From: Capsulimonadales bacterium
GTDB lineage: Bacteria > Armatimonadota > Armatimonadia > Armatimonadales > Armatimonadaceae
DNA: 64,000 bases
Direction: 5' to 3'
NCBI GenBank assembly: GCA_033762295.1
Contig: JANRLW010000084.1
Coordinates: forward strand, 1 to 64,000
The position numbers and the translations under genes were made by a program. Below, in pieces: positions 55,764 to 64,000 of this stretch (the stretch's first letter is position 1; every line of letters begins with the position of its first letter). The notes under the pieces were generated by a model, which saw only the letters and a list, made by a program, of their open reading frames with translations, was not told the origin of the DNA and did not search any database.

Positions 55764-58700
55764 ATGAGCGAAACGCATGAATACCATGGGCTGAACGCCG
55801 GATATATCGAAGAGCTTTACGAGCGGTACCGGCAGGACCCGGCGCTCGTTGACGCGGAAACGCGGGCCTACTTCGATGCCGGACATCGCCCTGCCACCGA
55901 CGTCCGTGCCGACGTCCCCCGTGCCGATATCGGCGCGTCTTCGGACCCGACGAACGTCGTGACGATCACCGAGCATGAACTGGCGAAGGTCGTCTCCGCC
56001 GCCCGTCTCGGAAGGATCATCCGGGAGTTGGGGCATCTGGATGCCCACCTGGACCCCCTCGGAAGCGCTCCGCCCGGCGATCCGGCCCTGCTTCTGGAAA
56101 CGCACCACCTGACCACCGAGGATCTTGCCCGCCTGCCCGCCAGCGTGATCGGCGGCCCTCTTTCCCAGGGTGCCGCGAACGCTCTGGAAGCGGTTGCCCG
56201 CCTGCGCAAGGCCTACTCCGGTTCCATCGGTTACGAGGACGATCACGTTCAGGTCGCCGAGGAACGCGAATGGCTTCGGAGTTCGGTCGAGTCCGGCGTC
56301 TTCTTTCATGATCTGGATGCCGAGGAAAAGAAACATATTCTTCGCCAGTTGACCGACGTGGATACGTTCGAACAGTTCCTGCACCGCACGGCGCCCTACG
56401 CCGGTCAGAAGCGGTTTTCGATCGAGGGTTGCGACATGATGGTGCCGATGCTGGACGCCATTATCCGTTGCGCCGCGCAGGCCGGAACGCGCGAAGTCGT
56501 CATGGGTATGGCGCACCGCGGACGCTTGAACGTTCTGGCGCATATCCTTGGCAAGCCCTATGACGCCATGCTGGCGGAGTTCGGCGCCTCCTCCTCGAAA
56601 ACCGCGCAGCCCGCCGTCGCCGGAACGGGCGCTCAGGGTTACACGGGCGACGTCAAGTACCACAAAGGGTATCGCCGCGCCTACGCCCTGAACGGCCCCA
56701 ACGGCCCTAACGGTTCCACCATGCCCGTCGGCCACGGACGCGGTCATCGGAGCGAGCCGACGGAGATGCCGATCACCCTCGCCCCCAATCCGAGTCATCT
56801 GGAATTTGTGTCGCCCGCCGTTCTCGGTCGGGCGCGGGCCGCCCAGGAACGGACCGCAGGCGCGGGCGGGAAACCGCCGCACGACCGGCGCGCCTCGCTG
56901 GCGATCCTGATCCATGGCGACGCCGCTTTCCCCGGCCAGGGGGTCGTCGCCGAAACGCTCAACCTGGGCCAGCTTTACGGTTACACCGTCGGCGGCACCA
57001 TCCACATCATCGCCAACAACCAGCTGGGCTTCACCACCCTGCCGCGCGACGGTCGGTCGACCCTGTACGCCTCCGATCTGGCGAAAGGCTTTGAAATGCC
57101 GATCGTTCATGTCAATGCGGACGATCCGATCGCCTGTATCGCCGTCGCCCGGATGGCGTGCGCCTACCGCGACCGGTTCGGCAAGGATTTCCTGATCGAT
57201 TTGATCGGCTATCGACGCCTGGGCCATAATGAAGGCGAGGAACCCGCCTTCACCCAGCCCCGGATGTACGAAAAGATCCGCTCGCATCCGCGTGTCCGGG
57301 AAATCTGGGCCAAAAAGCTGGAGCAGGAACACATCGTTTCGCGCGACGAGGCCGATGCGCTGGTCAAAGCCGTGCAGACTCGCCTCATGGAGGCGAAGAA
57401 CAACCCGCCGGTCACCTCGGATTCTCACTCCAATAAGCCGGACGTCACGCACGACACCGGAGAGATCCCCGGTCCGCAGCCGGTTTCGGTCGAGACCCTG
57501 TCGAAAATCAACCATACCCTGGTGACCGCCCCGGAAGGGTTCAACGTCGACAGCAAGATCGCCCGGAACTTCCTGAAACCGCGGCGTGACGCCTTCGAAG
57601 CGGACGAGTCGGCGATCAACTGGGCGCATGCGGAAGCTCTCGCCTTCGGCGCGACTCTGCTCGAAGGCACCCCCATCCGTCTGACCGGACAGGATACCGA
57701 ACGGGGAACCTTTACCCAGCGGCATCTGATCCTGCACGATCCGACCACCGGCGAGCCGTACTGCTCGCTTCAGAACCTGCCCGGCGCGAAAGCGACGTTC
57801 GCGGTGTACAACAGTCCGCTTTCCGAAGCCGCCACTCTGGGTTTCGAGTACGGTTACAGCATTCACGCCATCAATACGCTGGTGCTGTGGGAGGCGCAGT
57901 TCGGCGACTTCGTCAACGGGGCGCAGGTCATTATCGACCAGTTCATCTCGTCGGGGAACGCAAAGTGGGGACAGTCGCCGTCGGTCGTGCTGTTGTTGCC
58001 GCACGGTTACGAAGGGCAGGGTCCGGAGCATTCGTCCGCTCGCCTGGAACGTTTCCTCGAGTTGTGCGCGGGCGACAATATGCGGGTCGCCTACTGTTCG
58101 ACACCCGCCCAGTACTTCCACATTCTTCGGCGGCAGGCGGCCTCGCTCGCCGTCGAACCCCGTCCGCTCATCCTCATGACGCCGAAGAGCCTGCTCCGTC
58201 ACCCGCGCGTCCATTCGTCCGTTCGGGAACTGGCCGAGGGTTCGTTCCGTCCGGTGCTCGATGACCCGCGCGCCCCGGATCGAAAGCCGGGCGTAACGCG
58301 ACTGATTCTCTGCAGCGGGAAGGTCTTCTATGACCTGACCCTGAAAAGCCCGGAGGAGAAGTTCGCGGACCGGGACGAGTATGTGAACGAGAGCCGGATC
58401 GCCCTCGCCCGCGTCGAGGAACTGAACCCGTTTCCCGCGGAGGAACTGAAGGCGCTTCTGGCATCGTATCCGCACCTGACCGAGGTGGTCTGGGTGCAGG
58501 AGGAGCCGCATAACATGGGCGCGTGGGGCTTTATGTCCTCCCGCCTGACCGAGTTACTGCCGTCCGGCGTCTCGCTCCGTTATGTCGGGCGTCCCGATGC
58601 GGCCTCCCCGGCGGAAGGCTCCAACTCCCGACACCTGCGGGAGCAGGCGCGGATCGTCGCCGAAGCCTATGCCTTTTCGGAGACGGCGACGGGCGCGGGG

Positions 58701-58808
58701 AAGAACGGGAAAGGCAGAGTATCGCGGAACGGCGACGCGGCTTTTTCCGCGCAGGACGCTCCGGAACCGGAATCGCAGCAGGTATCCGAACCTGCCCGTC
58801 ACAAATAA
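55764..58808 (+). CDS. sucA: 2-oxoglutarate dehydrogenase E1 component
   Basis: KRFSIEG, GMAHRGRLN, GDVKYH, PNPSHLE, HGDAAFPGQG, WEAQFGDF, HGYEGQGPEHSSAR. Confidence 0.97.
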   Translation: MSETHEYHGLNAGYIEELYERYRQDPALVDAETRAYFDAGHRPATDVRADVPRADIGASSDPTNVVTITEHELAKVVSAARLGRIIRELGHLDAHLDPLGSAPPGDPALLLETHHLTTEDLARLPASVIGGPLSQGAANALEAVARLRKAYSGSIGYEDDHVQVAEEREWLRSSVESGVFFHDLDAEEKKHILRQLTDVDTFEQFLHRTAPYAGQKRFSIEGCDMMVPMLDAIIRCAAQAGTREVVMGMAHRGRLNVLAHILGKPYDAMLAEFGASSSKTAQPAVAGTGAQGYTGDVKYHKGYRRAYALNGPNGPNGSTMPVGHGRGHRSEPTEMPITLAPNPSHLEFVSPAVLGRARAAQERTAGAGGKPPHDRRASLAILIHGDAAFPGQGVVAETLNLGQLYGYTVGGTIHIIANNQLGFTTLPRDGRSTLYASDLAKGFEMPIVHVNADDPIACIAVARMACAYRDRFGKDFLIDLIGYRRLGHNEGEEPAFTQPRMYEKIRSHPRVREIWAKKLEQEHIVSRDEADALVKAVQTRLMEAKNNPPVTSDSHSNKPDVTHDTGEIPGPQPVSVETLSKINHTLVTAPEGFNVDSKIARNFLKPRRDAFEADESAINWAHAEALAFGATLLEGTPIRLTGQDTERGTFTQRHLILHDPTTGEPYCSLQNLPGAKATFAVYNSPLSEAATLGFEYGYSIHAINTLVLWEAQFGDFVNGAQVIIDQFISSGNAKWGQSPSVVLLLPHGYEGQGPEHSSARLERFLELCAGDNMRVAYCSTPAQYFHILRRQAASLAVEPRPLILMTPKSLLRHPRVHSSVRELAEGSFRPVLDDPRAPDRKPGVTRLILCSGKVFYDLTLKSPEEKFADRDEYVNESRIALARVEELNPFPAEELKALLASYPHLTEVVWVQEEPHNMGAWGFMSSRLTELLPSGVSLRYVGRPDAASPAEGSNSRHLREQARIVAEAYAFSETATGAGKNGKGRVSRNGDAAFSAQDAPEPESQQVSEPARHK

Positions 58809-58871
58809 TCAAATAACAGGATCATCGCGACGATCCTCTCCGGGTCGTCCAATGCAAGGATAGAGGAAACC

Positions 58872-60215
58872 ATGCCCGTTGAAATTCGCGTTCCGCAGTT
58901 AGGCGAATCGATCGTTGAGGCAACCATCGCTCAATGGCTGAAGAAGCCGGGGGACGTCGTCTCCGTCGGTGATGAGTTGGTCGAGTTGGAGACGGAGAAG
59001 GTCAATCAGGTCGTGGAGGCCGAGGCGGCCGGCGTTCTCGGCGAAATCACCCATCATGTCGGCGAAACCGTCGGGGTCGGGGAAGTTCTCGGTGTGATCG
59101 GGGACGGAACCGGGGCGGTCAAGGTCGATGAGGCGGCCGCCTCGGTCCCGCCGACGATGACCCAGGCGGAGGAAGCCCGGGCACGCGAACAGTCCGGGCA
59201 GGGCGAGGGGTACACCGCGCCTGCCGCGCCCGCCGGAAACGCGGGCGCCGAGACGGTCACGCCCGCCGCCACGGCCACCCCGGTCGCGGAAAAGATGGCC
59301 CAGGAGAACGGGATCGACCTGTCCACTCTCAAAGCCACCGGTCCGAACAACCGGATCGGTAAGTCCGACGTGGTCCATGCGATCGAACAGGCGCGTTCCC
59401 AGCCGCAGACCGCCGAAACCAAGCGTCAGGAAGTGGCCGAAGTGAGGACGCCGCCGGTCGCTCCGGCGGCTCCGCCCGTCGCCCCGCCGAAACCCACGCC
59501 GTCGACGGCCGGGGGACGACCGGAGGAGCGTCTGCGGATGACCGGCAAGCGTAAGGCGATCGCCAACAACCTGAAACAGGCGCAGAACATCGCCGCCTCG
59601 CTCACCACCTTCAACGAGATCGACCTGAGCAAAGTGATCGAAATCCGTAAGCGGCGCAAGGACGACTTCCAGAAGAAGTTCGGCGTCGGTCTCGGCTTCA
59701 TGTCCTTCTTTACCAAGGCGAGCATCGGCGCGCTCAAGCAGTTCCCGTATGTCAACGGCGAGATTCAGGGCGACGAGATCGTTCTGAAGAAGTACTACGA
59801 TATCGGAATCGCGGTCGGTGTCGAAGACGGTCTGGTGGTTCCGATCCTGCGGGATGCCGACAAGATGAGTTTCGCCGAGATTGAGAAGAAGATCGGGGAA
59901 CTGGCCGGCAAGGCGAAAGAGGGCAAACTCGGGATCGCGGACATGCTCGGCGGCACGTTCACGATCACCAATGGCGGCGTCTTCGGCTCGTTGCTGTCCA
60001 CTCCGATCCTGAACTACCCGCAGGTCGGCATCCTGGGGCTGCACGCCATCAAGGAGCGGCCGGTCGTGGTCGACGGGGAAATCGTCATCCGCCCGATCAT
60101 GATGGTCGCGCTTTCCTATGACCACCGGATTATCGACGGCTCCACCGCCGTCCGCTTCCTCGTCAAGATCAAGGAACTCATCGAAGACCCCGAAACCCTC
60201 CTGCTGGAAGGTTAA
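58872..60215 (+). CDS. sucB: 2-oxoglutarate dehydrogenase E2 dihydrolipoyllysine succinyltransferase
   Basis: Lipoyl domain ETEKV, E3-binding ATPVA, LTTFNE, GGTFTITNGG, SYDHRIIDG. Confidence 0.96.
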   Translation: MPVEIRVPQLGESIVEATIAQWLKKPGDVVSVGDELVELETEKVNQVVEAEAAGVLGEITHHVGETVGVGEVLGVIGDGTGAVKVDEAAASVPPTMTQAEEARAREQSGQGEGYTAPAAPAGNAGAETVTPAATATPVAEKMAQENGIDLSTLKATGPNNRIGKSDVVHAIEQARSQPQTAETKRQEVAEVRTPPVAPAAPPVAPPKPTPSTAGGRPEERLRMTGKRKAIANNLKQAQNIAASLTTFNEIDLSKVIEIRKRRKDDFQKKFGVGLGFMSFFTKASIGALKQFPYVNGEIQGDEIVLKKYYDIGIAVGVEDGLVVPILRDADKMSFAEIEKKIGELAGKAKEGKLGIADMLGGTFTITNGGVFGSLLSTPILNYPQVGILGLHAIKERPVVVDGEIVIRPIMMVALSYDHRIIDGSTAVRFLVKIKELIEDPETLLLEG

Positions 60216-60225
60216 CCTCTCCGTC

Positions 60226-60266
60226 CGGCCCTCCTTTTCCACCTGCCGAAAAGGAGGGCCGTTCTT
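60226..60266 (+). terminator. Rho-independent terminator after sucB
   Basis: cggccctccttttc-cacctgcc-gaaaaggagggccg then ttctt. Confidence 0.8.
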
Positions 60267-60310
60267 GTCCGCTTTGCTACGGTTTGTCGTTCGAGATACG
60301 ATAAAACGCC

Positions 60311-61675
60311 ATGCAGATCGATCAGCTGACCGTCCGCAACTTCCGTTGCTTCGACAAGAAGGAAGTCGCCTTACGCCCGGGCTTCAACGTCCTCATCGGC
60401 GACAACGGCTCCGGCAAAACCGCGATACTGGAAGCCATCGGAGTCGGCCTTATCCCGTTAATTCGTCGTCTGGCACCGGATAGTCCGGAGAACAACGGTC
60501 ATTCGAGCAAAACCCGGGATAACAATGACGTCCGTATCGTCACCTCCGGTTCGCCCGAGCAGCCGACCCTTGAGTACGCCTTTCCCAGTGCCGCCGGTCT
60601 GCTCTTCACCCTGATGGGCCATTCCTTCCGAATGGGTCAAATACAGATGTCTCTGAAAGACATTATTGTGAACGACGGGGAATTAGTAGATCAGGTGCGT
60701 ATCATCGTCCGGCAGATATCCACCGAAACCCCTCCGGTCCTGCCGGTCATCGCCTATTTCACGTCCCGACGCCGCTGGCAGAGCGCATGGGATTCCCGTT
60801 CGCCGTTTGATCAGGAAGCGCTCGAACGTGAGGTATCCGGCCCCACCACCCGACTCGATTGCTATCGTACCGCCCTGGCAGCCGAGACGAACGAACGCAA
60901 GGTTTTACAGTGGTTGATGCGATTTGACATTGCAGCCAGGCAACGCAACGAACTGAATCGAACGATGGAAGCCGCGAAGCAGGCGATGCTTTCCTGCCTG
61001 GAAGGATTCCACCAACTCCGGTTCGATGCCATCGAGTGGAATTTGCTGGCAGAAAACACAAGTGGGAATATTCTTCCGACCCGTATGCTCAGTGATGGTC
61101 AGCGGAATATTCTGTCGCTCGTCGCGGATATTGCGTTCCGGTGCGTGACGTTGAACCCGGAACTTCGGGAGGAGGCGACAAAGGAAACACCCGGGGTTGT
61201 TCTCATTGACGAACTGGACCTGCATCTGCATCCGAAATGGCAGCGACGAATCGTGGATGATTTGCGCCGGACGTTTCCGAAGATTCAGTTCATCGTCACC
61301 ACACATTCGCCGCTCATCATTCAATCCCTGCGCCCGGGTGAACTCATCGATCTTGGCCCGGAGGTGACCGATAGCCCGGAGGAGTATGTCGGCAAAAGCC
61401 CCGAGGATATTCTGGAGAATGTCATGGAGGTGGCGATGCCGCAACGCAGTCAGCGATCACAGGAGATGATCGCGGCGGCGGAACAGTATTATTCGCTTCT
61501 GCGCCAGGCTTCGAACCATCCCGATCTCCCTGCCCTGCGAACGGAGTTGGACCGCCTTATGGAACCGTACGAGGACAATGAAGCGTTCATCGCCGCTCTA
61601 CGCCTCGAACGCGCTGCCAGCGGCATGGATACGATGACGACACACAATGGGCATCCCGCCGGACAGGCGCCATGA
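60311..61675 (+). CDS. ABC/AAA-type ATPase, Septu PtuA / retron-effector-like
   Basis: NFRCF, GDNGSGKT Walker A, LSDGQ signature, LIDELDLHLHPKWQR Walker B/D-loop, FIVTTHSP. Confidence 0.85.
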   Translation: MQIDQLTVRNFRCFDKKEVALRPGFNVLIGDNGSGKTAILEAIGVGLIPLIRRLAPDSPENNGHSSKTRDNNDVRIVTSGSPEQPTLEYAFPSAAGLLFTLMGHSFRMGQIQMSLKDIIVNDGELVDQVRIIVRQISTETPPVLPVIAYFTSRRRWQSAWDSRSPFDQEALEREVSGPTTRLDCYRTALAAETNERKVLQWLMRFDIAARQRNELNRTMEAAKQAMLSCLEGFHQLRFDAIEWNLLAENTSGNILPTRMLSDGQRNILSLVADIAFRCVTLNPELREEATKETPGVVLIDELDLHLHPKWQRRIVDDLRRTFPKIQFIVTTHSPLIIQSLRPGELIDLGPEVTDSPEEYVGKSPEDILENVMEVAMPQRSQRSQEMIAAAEQYYSLLRQASNHPDLPALRTELDRLMEPYEDNEAFIAALRLERAASGMDTMTTHNGHPAGQAP

Positions 61676-62343
61676 GACCGTTACATATCGGTCCGATTCC
61701 GAGGGATGTCGACGGGGAACCGATCGTCTTCCGGGAGTATCAGGAAGCCCGTCCCCATCTTCAGGAGCGAATCGGCTTTTACTGTGTGTTCTGTGAGCGG
61801 CGCATTCCGACGGGACTGGCTGTGGAGCATAAGCAGCCAAAAGCCCTTCCCGCCTACCAACACCGTAGACTCGACTGGTTCAACTTTGTCCTGGCCTGTA
61901 GCAACTGTAACGCAACCAAAGGTACGACGGATACGGGGGCTGATACCTTTCTTTTTCCGGACGAAGTAAATACGGCTCACGCCTTCCGGTATCTCGAAAC
62001 GAACGAAATCGTTCCGAATCCGTTTCTCTCACCCGATGAACAGGCTGCCGTTGAACGAACCCTCCGCATGGTCGGCCTATATCTTACCGACCGACGCTTT
62101 ATTGAGCGCGGGCAGGCATGGGAAAAGGCGAAACGATATAAAGCTAAGGTTCTTGCGAAAAATGATTCGGAGCAGTGGGATACGGTCGTGGATCTGGCAG
62201 AGGCAACCGGGTTCTGGTCGGTATGGATGACGATCTTTGCGGATCATCCGGAGGTTCGGCGTTTGCTGATCCGGCGCTTTGTCGGCACCCACCCCTTGTG
62301 TTTCGATGACGAGGGCGTGTGCCGTTCTCAACTTCGTTTGTGA
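61672..62343 (+). CDS. HNH endonuclease, PtuB-like
   Basis: YCVFCE...VEHKQPK...WFNFVLACSNCN.TK; ATGA overlap with the ATPase. Confidence 0.85.
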   Translation: MRPLHIGPIPRDVDGEPIVFREYQEARPHLQERIGFYCVFCERRIPTGLAVEHKQPKALPAYQHRRLDWFNFVLACSNCNATKGTTDTGADTFLFPDEVNTAHAFRYLETNEIVPNPFLSPDEQAAVERTLRMVGLYLTDRRFIERGQAWEKAKRYKAKVLAKNDSEQWDTVVDLAEATGFWSVWMTIFADHPEVRRLLIRRFVGTHPLCFDDEGVCRSQLRL

Positions 62344-62457
62344 CCAACGCGCACATTCCCCTTGTCTACTGACGACATAACAAATCTATGATGCCTGACA
62401 ACGGCAATTCCCATTGTTGTGCAGGTCATCCCTCCCTCCCTCTCGAACGGTGAGGGG

Positions 62458-63651
62458 ATGACCGTTCCCTCTGTCGCCCCGGTGGTCCGCTATCGCGGAC
62501 CGCTCACCGTCCTCTGCTGTCTCGCGATGTTCCTCTATGCGGTGTACTTCGGCGCGATCGGGGTAATTCTTCCCTCTCTGGGCGAGACGTTCGGGCTGGG
62601 ACCGGCGGTACAGGGGGCGTTGTTTCCCGCCCAGTTCGCCGGGTTCGTTCCGGGCGTCATTCTGGCCGGGTATCTCTCGGACCGGTTCGGACGTAAGGGC
62701 GTGCTACTGATCGGGATCGCCGCCTATGCTCTCGGGCTGCTCTGTTTCGGGATCGCGCCGCAGTTCGGTTGGCTTTTAGCCGCCTCCGTGCTGATCGGCG
62801 GCGGCAGCGGGGCGATGGAGACGGTCGCCAGCGTCCTGGCGACGGACCTGTACCCGGAGCGACGGGCGTTCGTCGTCAATGCGCTTCAGATCGCCTTTGG
62901 CGCAGGCGCGGCGGTCGGTCCCTACGTGGCTCAGATACTGCTCGGCAACGGCCTTTCCTGGCGCAGTCTGTACTTCGGCTTCATGGCGGCAAACCTCGCG
63001 CTGTTCGCCATGCTGGCATTTATTCCGCTCGGACGCACGGACAGCGGCGATGACGAAGCGATCGACTTTCGAGCGCTGATTCGCATCCTCCGACAGCCCG
63101 CCTATCTTGCCCTCTGCCTGGCGCAGGCGCTCTATGTCGGCGCGGAGGTGGCCTTCGGTTCCTGGATGCCGACCTACTTCCGTCTCCTGCCCGGCGGTAT
63201 CCCCTTGTCCGGTCCGGTCGTTACCATCTTCTGGATCGCCATGACCATCGGGCGCACCATCGTCAGCCCGCTTGCCGGACGCATCCCCCTGCTCCGTCTG
63301 ACCATCGTCCTTGCCCTGCTCAGCGCCGTCTTCGCCGTCGGCACCCTCCTGACCGACACCCCGGTTACCGTGACCGTCTGCGTCGTCGGGGTCGGCCTCT
63401 GCTTCTCCGGCATCTTCGGACTCATCCTCGCCGAGGCGGGCGAACGCTACCCCGCCGTCTCCGGTTCCGCCTTCGGCGGCATCATGGCGTCCGGGGGCGT
63501 CGGCGGCGCGCTCCTCCCCTGGCTTGTCGGCATCGCCGCCACCCTCCCCTTCGGTTGGCGCGGCGCACTCCTGCTCGTCCCGATAGCGTCGCTCGGCGTC
63601 GCTCTCCTCGCCTACGCCGTCGGCAGAAAAACGGTGACAACGGTTCCCTGA
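62458..63651 (+). CDS. Major facilitator superfamily transporter (FucP/TsgA-like)
   Basis: [10 protein letters not shown] motif A, LYVGAEV...W, FW..M..GR; about 12 TM segments. Confidence 0.9.
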   Translation: MTVPSVAPVVRYRGPLTVLCCLAMFLYAVYFGAIGVILPSLGETFGLGPAVQGALFPAQFAGFVPGVILAGYLSDRFGRKGVLLIGIAAYALGLLCFGIAPQFGWLLAASVLIGGGSGAMETVASVLATDLYPERRAFVVNALQIAFGAGAAVGPYVAQILLGNGLSWRSLYFGFMAANLALFAMLAFIPLGRTDSGDDEAIDFRALIRILRQPAYLALCLAQALYVGAEVAFGSWMPTYFRLLPGGIPLSGPVVTIFWIAMTIGRTIVSPLAGRIPLLRLTIVLALLSAVFAVGTLLTDTPVTVTVCVVGVGLCFSGIFGLILAEAGERYPAVSGSAFGGIMASGGVGGALLPWLVGIAATLPFGWRGALLLVPIASLGVALLAYAVGRKTVTTVP

Positions 63652-63725
63652 CCGGGGGTACTGGCGATTTCGAGGTGGCCGCCGTGGGCGGTGAGGATGC
63701 TTTTGCAGATGGCGAGGCCGAGGCC
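63612..63725 (-). pseudogene. 3' remnant of a sensor histidine kinase HATPase domain
   Basis: [37 protein letters not shown], with no upstream kinase sequence. Confidence 0.75.
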
Positions 63726-63935
63726 GGGCTGCCGAAAACGGCACTGGCGGGGGCGCTTTTCCTCTTCAATGTCGGCGTTGAAATCGGTCAGGCGACGATT
63801 ATCCTGGCGGTCGCTCCTCCGCTCGCCCTTCTCGCATCCCGCCAGCCGAAATACCACCGTCCGACCGTCCTCGTCGCGGCCTCCCTGATCGGATTTGCCG
63901 GAGTCCGGTGGCTGGTGACCCGTCTCATCGGCTGA
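63726..63935 (+). pseudogene. 3' remnant of a HupE/UreJ family membrane protein
   Basis: [22 protein letters not shown]...[15 protein letters not shown] motif present, N-terminal two-thirds absent. Confidence 0.72.
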
Positions 63936-64000
63936 TGCACCGGTGGCGTATCAGCGAACACAGCGAAAGCCGACATTGGAGGTTCCGGTGTCGGCTGCGC

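Noticed and set aside
60215..62460. Retron (Ec78-like) system
   Set aside because: No reverse transcriptase gene and no room for an msr-msd ncRNA; only the ATPase+HNH pair is present.

Overview
GC-rich bacterial chromosomal window, most consistent with Armatimonadota. This is an inference from three '[33 protein letters not shown]' DUF1559/H-X9-DG prepilin-like genes, a PEP-CTERM protein and PAS-SpoIIE/RsbW-type modules. Housekeeping genes are tdk, tRNA-Met(CAT), an hscA-like Hsp70, a PduO-type adenosyltransferase, msrB, folC, secA and sucA-sucB. Accessory and defence-like genes are interspersed: a DUF3427-like HNH, a second HNH nuclease, PcfJ, a HerA/DUF87 ATPase, a Septu/PtuAB-like ATPase+HNH pair, and a 1735-aa DUF4132-type protein with a small partner ending in Gly-Gly. 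The most notable observations are: (1) a leader ORF directly upstream of secA with an N-terminal hydrophobic segment and a C-terminal RAPP motif, a candidate SecM-analogous ribosome-arrest secretion monitor; (2) a predicted beta-grasp/ubiquitin-like protein ending LAGG, 21 nt upstream of the DUF4132-type gene; (3) an 11-bp-period GTTAA(G/A)-N5-GTTAAA direct repeat upstream of all three DUF1559 loci, with identical 21-nt spacing to a -10 box at two of them; (4) a yybP-ykoY Mn riboswitch with a visible expression platform upstream of terC; (5) a precise junction of two 5'-truncated divergent gene remnants near the window end. No CRISPR array, rRNA, transposase, integrase or reverse transcriptase was seen. 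All family calls come from motif recognition, not database searches.
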